DNA from: Candidatus Electrothrix yaqonensis
Lineage (GTDB): Bacteria > Desulfobacterota > Desulfobulbia > Desulfobulbales > Desulfobulbaceae
Assembly: GCA_047651235.1 (NCBI GenBank)
Contig: CP178758.1
Span: 480,001 to 512,000, forward strand
DNA length: 32,000 nt
Reading direction: 5' to 3'
Shown here one piece after another: positions 1 to 10,719 of this stretch (position 1 is its first letter; the number at the start of each line of letters is the position of its first letter). The notes under the pieces were generated by a model. That model saw only the letters and a program-made list of their open reading frames with translations. It was not told the DNA's origin and did not search any database. The translations under genes and the position numbers were made by a program.

Positions 1-1116
1 GATGCTCCGTCACAGTTTGATTTTATCTCGGCCGCTCCGGGCCTAACCTCCTTTCTGGCATGGCAGCTTACCCATCTCAAACTTGATGAACGCGACCTGG
101 AAATAGCCCGTTTTATCCTCGGAAATCTAAACGGGCATGGATTTTTCGAGGCGTCGGTGGAGGATATCTGCGCATATGCAGAATGCTCTACAGAAGAAGC
201 TGAAGGAATGCTGCGCCTAGTCCAGAGTCTTGATCCTCCCGGTATTGCGGCGCGGGACCTCCGGGAGTCTCTGCTCCTCCAGTTAGAGCGGAAAGGAATG
301 GAGGAAGATCTGGTCTACCGCCTGGTTGCAGAGCATATGGATGAGCTGCAGGCTCATAATTTTTCCCGAATTGCCGCAAAAACAAAATGTCCGCTACGGG
401 AAGTACGCAAGGCTGTTGACTTTCTTGCCACCCTGACACCTTATCCCGGGAATGAACACAGCAATGAACAGATCCACTATGTTACGCCTGATGTATATCT
501 GTATAAAGTGGATGATGAATTCATTATCCATCTCAACAATGATGATCTGCCGCAGCTCCAGCTTTCCACCGAATATCAGCAGCTGATCCGGGACAAAAAA
601 GAAACAAAGGAAACCGGGGACGGCTCCAGAGCATATCTGCTGGAAAAAAAACGTCATGCACAGAACTTTATCAATTCTGTGCAGTATCGGCAGAACTCGA
701 TCTACAAGGTGATGAAAAGTCTGCTGAAATTTCAGCAGGAGTTTTTCGAGAAAGGACCGGGCCACCTGAAACCGCTTGTGCTCAATGATGTAGCCCAGGA
801 TATCGGAATGCACGAATCTACAGTCAGCCGGCTTACCTCGAATAAGTACGTTCATACGCCGCAGGGAATTTATGAACTGAAATACTTTTTTTCCAGTGCG
901 GTCAGAACAACTGACGGAGATACGGTGGCGTCCGAAGCAATAAAAAACCGTATCCGGCAGCTGATCCAGAAAGAAGATTCAGCTAAACCGTTCAGTGACA
1001 GCGCCATTTCTGAGCTGTTAAAGGAAGAGGGATTCAGGGTCGCGCGGCGGACCGTGGCAAAATACAGAGATCAGATGAAAATTATGCCGGTCAAACACCG
1101 CCGAAAAAAACATTGA
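1..1116 (+). CDS. rpoN: RNA polymerase sigma-54 factor RpoN, 3' portion (5' end outside window)
   Basis: Frame 1 is open from base 1 (DAPSQFDFISAAPGLTSFLAWQLTHLKLDERDLEIARFILGNLN...) and runs into listed ORF 157..1116. It has an HTH (DIGMHESTVSRLTSNKY) and the RpoN box ARRTVAKYR near the C-terminus. Confidence 0.95.
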   Translation, partial: DAPSQFDFISAAPGLTSFLAWQLTHLKLDERDLEIARFILGNLNGHGFFEASVEDICAYAECSTEEAEGMLRLVQSLDPPGIAARDLRESLLLQLERKGMEEDLVYRLVAEHMDELQAHNFSRIAAKTKCPLREVRKAVDFLATLTPYPGNEHSNEQIHYVTPDVYLYKVDDEFIIHLNNDDLPQLQLSTEYQQLIRDKKETKETGDGSRAYLLEKKRHAQNFINSVQYRQNSIYKVMKSLLKFQQEFFEKGPGHLKPLVLNDVAQDIGMHESTVSRLTSNKYVHTPQGIYELKYFFSSAVRTTDGDTVASEAIKNRIRQLIQKEDSAKPFSDSAISELLKEEGFRVARRTVAKYRDQMKIMPVKHRRKKH

Positions 1117-1201
1117 TAGATATTAAGATATTGAAATGACCGTATTAAACGCAGCAGCATTTTATTCACAATCTCGGAGCCGCCTGCCGGAGACGGAACA
1201 G

Positions 1202-1642
1202 ATGATGGAATTAGAAGAACAATGCATACTTCTTGAGCTGCAGTCCACGGATAAAGAAAGTCTTCTCGAAGAGATGGCCGGAGCTGTGCAGGAAAAATAT
1301 CCTGCAATGGACAAAAAAACTGTCCGGCAGGTTCTGATGGAGCGGGAGCAGATCGGTTCCACCGGCGTGGGCAACGGTGTAGCTATCCCGCATGGCAAGT
1401 TCTACGGGCTGGAACGGTGCCTGCTCTGCTTCGGCAGATCCGTCCGGGGGATCGCTTTTGATGCCAAGGATAATAAGCCGGTGCATTTTATCATCATGAT
1501 TCTTTCCCCGGTGGATATGGTGGAAGAGTATCTGCAGGTTCTTGCCCGGGTCAGCAGGGTAATGAATAATGCAAAGAACAGAAATCTTTTTCTGCGGGCA
1601 CGCAGTAAAAAGGTAATTCAGCAGCTGTTCATCGATTCCTGA
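1202..1642 (+). CDS. ptsN: PTS EIIA(Ntr)-type nitrogen regulatory protein PtsN
   Basis: EIIA fold motif GSTGVGNGVAIPHGK with the phospho-histidine. It sits in the canonical position directly downstream of rpoN. Start chosen at ATGATG 1202 (GGAG about 10 nt upstream); the track start 1136 has no SD and remains possible. Confidence 0.85.
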   Translation: MMELEEQCILLELQSTDKESLLEEMAGAVQEKYPAMDKKTVRQVLMEREQIGSTGVGNGVAIPHGKFYGLERCLLCFGRSVRGIAFDAKDNKPVHFIIMILSPVDMVEEYLQVLARVSRVMNNAKNRNLFLRARSKKVIQQLFIDS

Positions 1643-1852
1643 ATCGGAGCGCTGACAGCTTCTTTTTTTCCTCTCCCTGCTCGTCCTCTGCAGCGTCATT
1701 TTCCGCAATATCCATTTATTCTCCCTGCCTTTTCTGTCTTCCCGCCGTACTGATGAGTGGTGAAACAGGGGCAGGCAGCCCCGGTGATTTTCTCCCCGTC
1801 GATATCGAACGGCTGGCCAAAAGGCTGACTGCTCCATAACCGTAAAAAAGAT

Positions 1853-1881
1853 TTGACAGAAGCCTGTAATTTTTGTATGTG
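1853..1881 (+). promoter_or_regulatory. candidate sigma-70 promoter of the atp operon
   Basis: TTGACA (1853-1858), 17 nt spacer, TATGTG (1876-1881), about 75 nt upstream of the atpF' start. Pattern evidence only. Confidence 0.3.
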
Positions 1882-1957
1882 TCTTATCTTTGCCCGTGTC
1901 GTTCTTCTTCTCCAGTTCATCAAATCATTATTTTTCAGAGTTATCAGGAGTTGTTAT

Positions 1958-2389
1958 ATGATTTCGATCGATATTACGGTGTTCATTCATATTATTAATA
2001 TGGTCGTGCTGATGGTCGTTCTGAACAAAATTCTCTATAAGCCTGTCCTTGAAATTATGGACAAGCGGCAGGAAAAACTGGATGCTCTGGGCAGTGACGT
2101 TGAACAGTTCGAGCGCAGTACCAAGGATCGGCAGGCGGAAGTGGAAAGAAGAACACGGCAGGCTGGGGCCCGGGCGAAAGAGGTGCTGGATGCTGCCAGA
2201 GCAGAGGCAGAACGGGCAGGTGCTGAACAGATTACTGTTGTCCGCCGGGAAGCTGACAGCGAAAAAGCAAAAGAGCTGGCCGGGCTGGAGGCTCAGCTTG
2301 ATGATGTGCGGAAAGAACTGCTGGACAGCACCGCAGTGTTTGCTCAGGAGATGGCGGCAAAGATACTTGGAAGGAGTCTGGAGGCATGA
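1958..2389 (+). CDS. atpF2: F0F1 ATP synthase subunit b' (b-family, short form)
   Basis: MISIDITVFIHIINMVVLMVVLNKILYKPVLEIMDKRQEKL is a single N-terminal TM followed by a long charged coiled coil, typical of b/b' subunits. CAGGAG lies 7 nt upstream of ATG 1958. The stop overlaps the next start (ATGA). Confidence 0.85.
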   Translation: MISIDITVFIHIINMVVLMVVLNKILYKPVLEIMDKRQEKLDALGSDVEQFERSTKDRQAEVERRTRQAGARAKEVLDAARAEAERAGAEQITVVRREADSEKAKELAGLEAQLDDVRKELLDSTAVFAQEMAAKILGRSLEA

Positions 2390-3189
2390 AATTACACAAA
2401 ATGAAACGTATTGTTCCTGCCCTGCTCGTTGTCGGCTTATGCGGCGGGATATTCGGGACCGCCTTTGCTGCGGGACACGGCGGGTACGAAGAAGCAGAGC
2501 ATCCTGCTGCTGCAGAACACGCTGTTCAGGCTGTTGAACAGGAACAGCAGGGGCACCAGCAAGTCGTTAACCCGGCTGCCGGAGAGCCTGATGCCGGACA
2601 TATCGGGCACAGTGCAGTTGCTGCGCAGGGAACAGATCATAATGCTGAACATGCTGCTGCCGGACACGGAGAGGAGCACGGCGGACATAACGCCCCCATG
2701 CTGACCGCAGAAAAACTGAAGGATCTTTTCTGGCGGGCAATAAATTTTATCGCCCTTGTGTTTCTGCTGGTCAAATTTCTCGGTAAACCTGTGACCGCCA
2801 GTCTGGGCGGACGGCGCCGGGAAATTCAGGAGGAGCTGGACGCTATGGAGGAGCAGCGCGACGCAGCAGAACGTTCATATAAAGAATTTACCGGACGGCT
2901 CGCCGGGATGCAGCAGGAAGCAGAGGAGATCGTCGCCAAAGCCAGGGCAATGGCTGAGGACGAAAAGGCCAGAATCCTTGCCGAGGCCGAGGCGGCAGCC
3001 AAAGACATCAGGCGGCAGGCGGAAGCTGCTGTACAGGGAGCCTTTGCCGATGTAAAAACGAGACTGCAGGCCGAAGTGGCGGAACAGGCCGTGGCCATGG
3101 CTGAGGAGCTGATCGTCAGGAATATGACTCCGGAGGATCAGGTGGCGATCACAGAACAGTTTCTTGAACGAGTGAGTGCGGTACAGTGA
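2386..3189 (+). CDS. atpF: F0F1 ATP synthase subunit b with about 105-aa N-terminal signal-like plus His-rich extension
   Basis: The C-terminal 160 aa is a canonical b subunit (LFWRAINFIALVFLLVKFLGKPV TM, then an RREIQEELD... coiled coil). The start overlaps the atpF' stop and the stop overlaps the GTG start of atpH. Confidence 0.9.
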   Translation: MKLHKMKRIVPALLVVGLCGGIFGTAFAAGHGGYEEAEHPAAAEHAVQAVEQEQQGHQQVVNPAAGEPDAGHIGHSAVAAQGTDHNAEHAAAGHGEEHGGHNAPMLTAEKLKDLFWRAINFIALVFLLVKFLGKPVTASLGGRRREIQEELDAMEEQRDAAERSYKEFTGRLAGMQQEAEEIVAKARAMAEDEKARILAEAEAAAKDIRRQAEAAVQGAFADVKTRLQAEVAEQAVAMAEELIVRNMTPEDQVAITEQFLERVSAVQ

Positions 3190-3731
3190 AACAGACAATT
3201 TTAGCAAAGCGATATGCCAGAGCGATCTTTGCGCTCGGCACAGAAAACGGAAAAACTGAAGCCTATGCGGAAACGCTGCACGCGCTTGCCGATATCTTTG
3301 ATGATCCTGCTCTTGAGGTGGTGGATGCGTTGACTAATCCGCTGTATCCGCTTGAGGTCAGAAAAAACGTCATGACCAAAATCGCTCAGGCGGTCGGGGC
3401 TGATGCCCTGATGACTGCATTCCTCAACCTGCTGGTGGAGCGCAGACGGGTTGACGTGATGTGCGAGATCGCGGTGCAGATGCGGGAGATGCTTGACCGT
3501 CAGGAAAATATCAGCCACGGTTCGGTCACTTCGGCAGTGGACCTGGACAGCGGGCTGCTTGCAAAAGTTCAGACAACACTTGAAAATATCACGGGAAACA
3601 AGGTCATTCTTGCAACACGGGTGGATCCCTCCATTATCGGCGGCGTTGTTGCCAGGGTCGGAGATCTGGTGTTGGACGGAAGTATACGAACACAACTTAA
3701 TGGATTAAAAGAATCTATCAAGGGGAGATAA
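3186..3731 (+). CDS. atpH: F0F1 ATP synthase subunit delta (OSCP)
   Basis: The N-terminus [13 protein letters not shown] and C-terminus [25 protein letters not shown] are hallmark delta-subunit motifs. The GTG start overlaps the atpF stop (GTGA). Confidence 0.95.
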   Translation: MKQTILAKRYARAIFALGTENGKTEAYAETLHALADIFDDPALEVVDALTNPLYPLEVRKNVMTKIAQAVGADALMTAFLNLLVERRRVDVMCEIAVQMREMLDRQENISHGSVTSAVDLDSGLLAKVQTTLENITGNKVILATRVDPSIIGGVVARVGDLVLDGSIRTQLNGLKESIKGR

Positions 3732-3738
3732 TAGTCAG

Positions 3739-5262
3739 ATGCAGATCAAAGCCTCAGAAATCAGCAAGATCATAAAAGATCAGATTGCTGGTTATGAAAA
3801 TGTAGCAGACCTGAAAGAAACCGGAACCGTGCTGTCCGTGGGTGACGGTATTGCCCGTGTATATGGTGTTGAGAATTGTCAGGCCATGGAGCTGCTTGAA
3901 TTCCCCGGCGGCATCATGGGCCTTGCCCTGAATTTGGAAGAGGACAACGTCGGTGTTGCGGTTATGGGCGATGTCCGCTACATCAAGGAAGGGGATATCG
4001 TCAAGCGGACCGGCAAGATTGCCGAAGTTCCGGTCGGACCGGAGCTGGAAGGCCGGGTTGTTGACGGTATCGGTCAGCCCATTGACGGCAAGGGGCCGCT
4101 CGGTGCCAAGGAAACCCGGAAAATGGAGGTACTGGCTCCCGGGGTTATCGCCCGGAAAGGTGTGCATGAGCCTTGCTACACCGGCTATAAGGCTGTCGAT
4201 GCCATGACCCCGGTGGGCCGCGGTCAGCGCGAGCTGGTGATCGGCGACCGCCAGATCGGCAAGACGGCTCTGTGCGTGGATGCGATTATCGCTCAGAAGA
4301 ATACCGAGATCCACTGTATCTACGTGGCCACCGGCCAGAAAAAATCCACGGTTGCTCTGGTGGTTGAGGCCCTGCGCAAGCACGGAGCAATGGAGTACAC
4401 CACCGTAGTTGCGGCCTGTGCCTCTGATCCTGCCCCGATGCAGTATGTCTCCGCTATGGTAGGCTGTGCAATAGCCGAGTACTGGCGGGACAGCGGCAAA
4501 CATGCCCTGATTATTTACGATGATCTCTCCAAGCAGGCTGTGGCCTACCGTGAGCTCTCTCTCCTGCTCAGGCGCCCGCCGGGCCGCGAAGCCTATCCGG
4601 GTGACATCTTCTTCAACCACTCCCGTCTGCTGGAGCGGGCCGCCAAAGTTAACGATGAGCTGGGTTCCGGTTCCATGACTGCCCTGCCGATCATCGAGAC
4701 CCAGGCCGGTGACGTTTCCGCCTTTATCCCCACCAATGTTATCTCCATCACCGACGGTCAGGTGTTTCTGGAGCCGAGCCTGTTCTTTGCCGGTGTCCGC
4801 CCGGCCATCAACGTGGGTATTTCCGTATCCCGCGTCGGTGGTGCCGCCCAGGTCAAGGCCATGAAGCAGGTGGCCGGTACCCTGCGTCTCGACTTGGCCC
4901 AGTACCGTGAGCTGGCCGCCTTTGCCGGGTTCGGTTCTGATCTTGACGCAGCTACCCAGGCCCAGCTGACTCGCGGCGAGCGGCTGGTTGAAATCCTGAA
5001 GCAGCCCCAGTATCAGCCCCTGCCTATGGAAAAACAGGTGGTGATTATTTTTGCCGGAACCAAGGGCTTTCTGGATGCGCTGCCGGTTGATATGCTTGCT
5101 GAATATGAGCAGGAGCTGTACAGCTATATTGAGGCCAATGAGCCGTCGATTTTCAGCGAACTGCAGGAGAAAGAAGCGATCTCCGATGAGCTGGACCAGA
5201 AAATCAGAAAAACGCTGACCTCTTTCGGCGACGCGTTTAAAGCGACCAAGGGTCTGAACTAA
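3739..5262 (+). CDS. atpA: F0F1 ATP synthase subunit alpha
   Basis: 507 aa with Walker A GDRQIGKT, plus [29 protein letters not shown] and ITDGQVFLE motifs. Confidence 0.98.
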   Translation: MQIKASEISKIIKDQIAGYENVADLKETGTVLSVGDGIARVYGVENCQAMELLEFPGGIMGLALNLEEDNVGVAVMGDVRYIKEGDIVKRTGKIAEVPVGPELEGRVVDGIGQPIDGKGPLGAKETRKMEVLAPGVIARKGVHEPCYTGYKAVDAMTPVGRGQRELVIGDRQIGKTALCVDAIIAQKNTEIHCIYVATGQKKSTVALVVEALRKHGAMEYTTVVAACASDPAPMQYVSAMVGCAIAEYWRDSGKHALIIYDDLSKQAVAYRELSLLLRRPPGREAYPGDIFFNHSRLLERAAKVNDELGSGSMTALPIIETQAGDVSAFIPTNVISITDGQVFLEPSLFFAGVRPAINVGISVSRVGGAAQVKAMKQVAGTLRLDLAQYRELAAFAGFGSDLDAATQAQLTRGERLVEILKQPQYQPLPMEKQVVIIFAGTKGFLDALPVDMLAEYEQELYSYIEANEPSIFSELQEKEAISDELDQKIRKTLTSFGDAFKATKGLN

Positions 5263-5315
5263 AAGGCTGAACTGAAAGGACGTGAAGTAAGCTCGAACAG
5301 CAGGGGACTGATTAC

Positions 5316-6188
5316 ATGCCCGGATTAAAGGATGTTAAGAATAAAATAGAAGGCGTCTCCAAGACCTCGCAGATTACCAAGGCGATGAATATGGTTGCCT
5401 CGGCCAAACTGCGGGGAGCGCAGGAGCGGATGGAATCTTTCCGGCCCTATGCGGAGAAGTTTGTCGAGGCCATGCAGGAGGTGTCCGGCGCAATGTCCGG
5501 CAGCAGCCAGCCGCTGATGGAGGCCCGTGATGTACGGACAGTGGAGATCATTGTTATCACCTCGGACCGCGGCCTCTGCGGCAGTTTCAATGCCAATATC
5601 GTGGCCAGGGCGCAGAAGCTCATGGATCAATACGAGGCTGAGGGAAAGAAGGTCACTCTGGTTACGGTGGGCAACAAGGCTGCCCAGGCCTTTAAACGCT
5701 CCGGGAAAATCCGGAAGTCGTATAAGGATATCATGGGTTCTTTCCAGATGTTCAACGCACGGGCCATCTCGCAGAATGTCAGCCGTAATTTTCTGCAGGA
5801 AGAAGCAGATAAAGTGCATCTGGTGTATGCCCGCTTTCTCTCTATGGCCAAACAGCAGCCGACTGAGCAGACCCTGCTGCCTATAGCACCTCCTGAACAG
5901 GAAGAGACAGAAAAAAAAGGCGTACCGGTTGAATATATCTATGAGCCGGATCCGGTGCAGATCATGGAAAACCTTCTCCCTCTGCATCTGAATGTCCAGG
6001 TCTATCGTGCCATGATCGAGGTCGGAGCTGGTGAGCAGGCAGCCAGGATGGCTGCTATGGATAATGCGACCAATGCCTGCGGGGATATTATCAAAGAGTT
6101 GACACAACTGTATAACAAGGCTCGCCAGGCGGCTATTACCGGCGACCTGATGGATATCGTCGGTGGTGCTGAGGCACTGAAGGGCTGA
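5316..6188 (+). CDS. atpG: F0F1 ATP synthase subunit gamma
   Basis: N-terminus IKNKIEGVSKTSQITKAMNMVASAKLR and C-terminus ARQAAITGDLMDIVGGAEAL are gamma-subunit signatures. Confidence 0.97.
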   Translation: MPGLKDVKNKIEGVSKTSQITKAMNMVASAKLRGAQERMESFRPYAEKFVEAMQEVSGAMSGSSQPLMEARDVRTVEIIVITSDRGLCGSFNANIVARAQKLMDQYEAEGKKVTLVTVGNKAAQAFKRSGKIRKSYKDIMGSFQMFNARAISQNVSRNFLQEEADKVHLVYARFLSMAKQQPTEQTLLPIAPPEQEETEKKGVPVEYIYEPDPVQIMENLLPLHLNVQVYRAMIEVGAGEQAARMAAMDNATNACGDIIKELTQLYNKARQAAITGDLMDIVGGAEALKG

Positions 6189-6196
6189 AAGAATAG

Positions 6197-7660
<1,464 letters not shown>

Positions 7661-7694
7661 TCCACGCTAAGCAAAGTAAGCAAAGGGAGAAAGA

Positions 7695-8111
7695 ATGGCA
7701 CAGATTCATCTTGAAGTAGTCACGCCCTCCGGTCCGGTGGTCAGCGAGGATGTGGACATCGTTACGGCGCCCGGTACGGACGGGGAGTTCGGTGTGCTGG
7801 CAAATCATGCTCCGTTTCTGACCACGATCAAAACCGGGACCTTGATCCTGAAGAAAGACAAGCAGGAGAGATATCTCATGGTCAGCGAAGGCTTTGCCGA
7901 GGTCTCGAATAATAAAGCCACCTTTCTCGTGGAGGCTGCTGATTACGGCTCAGAGATTGACGTGGATCGGGCGCTGCAGGCCAAAGAGCGGGCGGAAAAG
8001 CGTTTGGCACAGGATCAGGCAAAAGCCGAAGATGTCAACCGGACACGGGCCGAGGCTGCCTTACAGCGGGCCGTGGCCCGGATTGCTGCTGCGGAGAGAG
8101 CCAAACTGTAG
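7695..8111 (+). CDS. atpC: F0F1 ATP synthase subunit epsilon
   Basis: 138 aa. LEVVTPSGPVVSEDVDIVTAPGTDGEFGVLANHAPFLT is the typical epsilon beta-sandwich N-terminus, followed by a helical C-terminus. It is the last gene of the operon. Confidence 0.95.
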   Translation: MAQIHLEVVTPSGPVVSEDVDIVTAPGTDGEFGVLANHAPFLTTIKTGTLILKKDKQERYLMVSEGFAEVSNNKATFLVEAADYGSEIDVDRALQAKERAEKRLAQDQAKAEDVNRTRAEAALQRAVARIAAAERAKL

Positions 8112-8160
8112 GGCGCGGCGGGGTACAGATTACCGCCAAGGTTGTAACTGGTATTGGAAA

Positions 8161-8188
8161 GGCTGTCCGAAGGGGCGGCCTTTTTTTT
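8161..8188 (+). terminator. rho-independent terminator of the atp operon
   Basis: GGCTGTCC-GAAG-GGGCGGCC forms an 8-bp stem (two G-U pairs) with a 4-nt loop, followed by T8 (8181-8188), 50 nt after the atpC stop. Confidence 0.8.
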
Positions 8189-8357
8189 GTTTCAGGAAAG
8201 CAAGCAATATGCAAAATGCGTCGGACTGAGTTCTGCTTTGCTCAAAGATGTTTTTGTATCAGGTGCCTGTGGAGATCATGCACTTATCACTTGAATTCAG
8301 GCAGTTTCGTGTTGCCTCTTCAACAAAAAAGAGGGAGGATGCCCGACCGGAAATTCT

Positions 8358-8413
8358 TTGACATAAGGAGCAATACTTCTTACGATAAAGTAAGGATACT
8401 TAAAAAGTAAGGA
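8358..8413 (+). promoter_or_regulatory. candidate vapBC promoter with repeated AAGTAAGGA operator-like motif
   Basis: TTGACA (8358-8363), 17 nt spacer, TACGAT (8381-8386). AAGTAAGGA occurs twice (8388-8396 and 8405-8413), and the second copy overlaps the vapB SD. Confidence 0.4.
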
Positions 8414-8420
8414 GACAGTT

Positions 8421-8678
8421 ATGACTCTGGCAACCATCACAACAAAGGGGCAGGTAACTATACCGAAAAAAATCAGGGAATTATTAAAACTTCATGCTGG
8501 CGATAAAATTGAAATTACTGTCACTGCAGAAAGAGAAGCGGTTATCAGGCCGGTCTCGAAAAAGGTAGATGATGTTTTTTGTAAATTACATAAGCCCGGC
8601 AGAAAAACAGCAGCACTTGAAACTATACATGAAGCCGTCAAAAACAGGATGAAAGACAGGTTCCAATGCAGGGAATAG
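8421..8678 (+). CDS. vapB: AbrB/SpoVT(MazE)-fold antitoxin, VapB-like
   Basis: ATITTKGQVTIPKKIRELLKLHAGDKIEITV is the swapped-hairpin AbrB/SpoVT DNA-binding motif. The protein is 85 aa and overlaps the downstream PIN gene by 13 nt. Confidence 0.85.
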   Translation: MTLATITTKGQVTIPKKIRELLKLHAGDKIEITVTAEREAVIRPVSKKVDDVFCKLHKPGRKTAALETIHEAVKNRMKDRFQCRE

Positions 8679-9064
8679 ATACCAATATTCTTGTTCGTTT
8701 TCTCATCGGCGATGACGATCTTCAGACAAAGACAGTGTACAATATTTTCAAGCAGGCAGAGGCGGATAAAAATGAACTTTTTATCCCCTTGCTTGTCATA
8801 TTGGAGCTCATCTGGGTCTTGGAATCAGTTTATGAGATATCGAGAAAAGATATTATTAACTCAATAAGCGATTTGCTCCTGATGCCGGTCTTACGATTCG
8901 AGCAGCAATCAACCGTGCAAAGATTTACCCGGGAAGCTTACGGGAACACATATGATCTTTCAGATCTACTGATTGCTTGCTCCGCCGGACAGCAGGGCTG
9001 TGATACTGTCATTACTTTTGATAAGAAGGCATCCAGATGCGACCTTTTTCACTTGGCACAGTAA
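8666..9064 (+). CDS. vapC: PIN-domain ribonuclease toxin VapC
   Basis: N-terminus IDTNILVRFLIGDD (first acidic PIN residue), 132 aa, C-terminus DLLIA...CDTVITFD. It is coupled to an upstream AbrB-type antitoxin. Confidence 0.85.
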   Translation: MQGIDTNILVRFLIGDDDLQTKTVYNIFKQAEADKNELFIPLLVILELIWVLESVYEISRKDIINSISDLLLMPVLRFEQQSTVQRFTREAYGNTYDLSDLLIACSAGQQGCDTVITFDKKASRCDLFHLAQ

Positions 9065-9102
9065 GATAACCTCAAGTTGCCGGAAAAGAGGTATAGTACT
9101 TG

Positions 9103-9213
9103 ATGCGAATAGCCAATCCGATCTACGACGTGGTCTTCAAGTACCTGATGGAAGACCGGGAGTCCGCCGTGCTGCTGCCGGAGGTCACCGGACAGGAACA
9201 ACATGAAAGGTAA
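9103..9213 (+). pseudogene. 36-codon remnant resembling the N-terminus of a PD-(D/E)XK/Rpn-type nuclease (putative transposase) family protein
   Basis: MRIANPIYDVVFKYLMEDRESAVLLPEVTGQEQHER then stop. The NPIYDVVFKYLMED start is, from memory, typical of that family, whose members are about 300 aa. Similarity was judged by eye only. Confidence 0.3.
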
Positions 9214-9314
9214 ACGGTTGCCAATATCTGCCGATCGGAATACTATGAACTGATACGCTTTCTGCATAAGGCAGAGACAGGATCATACAGAACCAACAGG
9301 AGCATGACAGAGCA

Positions 9315-9914
9315 ATGAAAGCGATTCCGCCGCGCCAGAGCAGCATAGAACGGAAGACCATGGAAACGGACATTTCGATGACACTGGCTCTGGACGGTTC
9401 CGGTCATGCGGACATCAGCACCGGTGTCGGTTTTATGGATCATATGCTGACCCTGTTCACGGTGCATGGTTTTTTTGATCTGTCTGTCCGGGCCAAGGGA
9501 GATACCGATGTTGATGACCACCATACTGTGGAAGATATCGGCATCTGTCTCGGACAGGCTTTTTTCCAGGCATTGGGCGACAAATCCGGAATCAGCCGTT
9601 ATGCCCATGCCTATGTGCCGATGGATGAAACCCTGGCCAGGGTCTGTATTGACTTTTCCAACCGCCCCTTTCTTCATTACGGAGTCACCATCGGCGACCA
9701 GAAGGTGGGCAGCTTTGACACCGCCCTAGTCTGCGAGTTCCTCCGCGCCCTGTCATTGCATTCCGGCCTGACCCTGCATGTTGATCTTCTGCACGGCGAA
9801 AATGCCCACCATATTATCGAGGCCATCTTCAAAGCGCTTGGCCGGACAATGGGGCAGGCTACATCAATCAGAGAGGGGCTTGCCGGTACCCTGTCTTCCA
9901 AAGGTTCTTTATAG
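9315..9914 (+). CDS. hisB: imidazoleglycerol-phosphate dehydratase
   Basis: RKTMETDISMTLALDGSG, GVGFMDHMLTLF, DDHHTVEDIGICLGQA and NAHHIIEAIFKALGR are the conserved IGPD His/Asp metal motifs. 199 aa. Confidence 0.97.
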   Translation: MKAIPPRQSSIERKTMETDISMTLALDGSGHADISTGVGFMDHMLTLFTVHGFFDLSVRAKGDTDVDDHHTVEDIGICLGQAFFQALGDKSGISRYAHAYVPMDETLARVCIDFSNRPFLHYGVTIGDQKVGSFDTALVCEFLRALSLHSGLTLHVDLLHGENAHHIIEAIFKALGRTMGQATSIREGLAGTLSSKGSL

Positions 9915-9945
9915 AACGCCGAATCCGTTTTTTTTTGAGGTGAAG

Positions 9946-10626
9946 ATGATGTCCTTGAAATTACCTGTTTCCCGCTGCCTTTCTGCTGCCGTGCGTGCAT
10001 ATTTCTGTTCAGGCCTGCTTGTCCTGCTTGCATTGACGGCAGGCTGCAACAGTAAAGGAAAATTAGACAGAGCAGAACAGCCTGATTTCACGGTCAGCTG
10101 TGTCGCCGTATTACCGGCAGTCAGTAAACCTGAACTGGACAGCGAACTGCTCTCGGCTATTGAAAAGAAAGAGCTGGAAGACGGCATATACTTTTTCAAT
10201 AAGTCATTGAAGCAATATTTTATCAGCAGAAAGGATGTCCGGCTGTTCAGCGACGGGCAGCTGTCCGCTACGGAGAAGAACGCGGATGCTCCGCCGTTGG
10301 AGCGGGCTAAGGAGCTTGCCGAACGGCTCAGCTGCAATGCTGTCCTGGAAACCACTATCCGGCGCTACAAAGAGCGGGTCGGCGGCAGGATCACAGCCAA
10401 GGAACCGGCCTCTGTGGCCTTTGACTACCGCCTGCTGGCCATGCCGGAGGGGACAGTGCTCTGCCGGGATACCTTTGATGCGGAACAGCAGTCGATTATG
10501 GCAAATCTGCTGGGCTTCAGGGACGGGACCGGCGGTTCCATGAGCTGGCTCACTGCGGAAGAGTTTCTTGTTCAGGGGCTGCAGAACAGACTGAACAAAT
10601 GTTCATATCTTGCCGAAGAGGACTGA
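9946..10626 (+). CDS. lipoprotein of unknown function
   Basis: MMSLKLPVSRCLSAAVRAYFCSGLLVLLALTAGC is a signal peptide plus lipobox (LTAG-C). GAGGTGAAG lies just upstream of ATG 9946. The longer track ORF (9778) overlaps the hisB 3' end and is not supported. Confidence 0.75.
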   Translation: MMSLKLPVSRCLSAAVRAYFCSGLLVLLALTAGCNSKGKLDRAEQPDFTVSCVAVLPAVSKPELDSELLSAIEKKELEDGIYFFNKSLKQYFISRKDVRLFSDGQLSATEKNADAPPLERAKELAERLSCNAVLETTIRRYKERVGGRITAKEPASVAFDYRLLAMPEGTVLCRDTFDAEQQSIMANLLGFRDGTGGSMSWLTAEEFLVQGLQNRLNKCSYLAEED

Positions 10627-10719
10627 AACGCATTGTGTGTTCTGAAACAGATTAGGCAGGGGGACATCCCCTATGCTATGATTGCCTGATCCCTTCCTGT
10701 GTGAAGATTCATCAGATTC

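Noticed and set aside
1696-1923. A 75-aa minus-strand ORF in the ptsN-atpF' spacer (…FGQPFDIDGEKITGAACPCFTTHQYGGK…).
   Set aside because: No SD and no recognisable family. It overlaps the predicted atp promoter, and coding-like codon bias fades toward the 3' end. It is treated as non-coding or a remnant.
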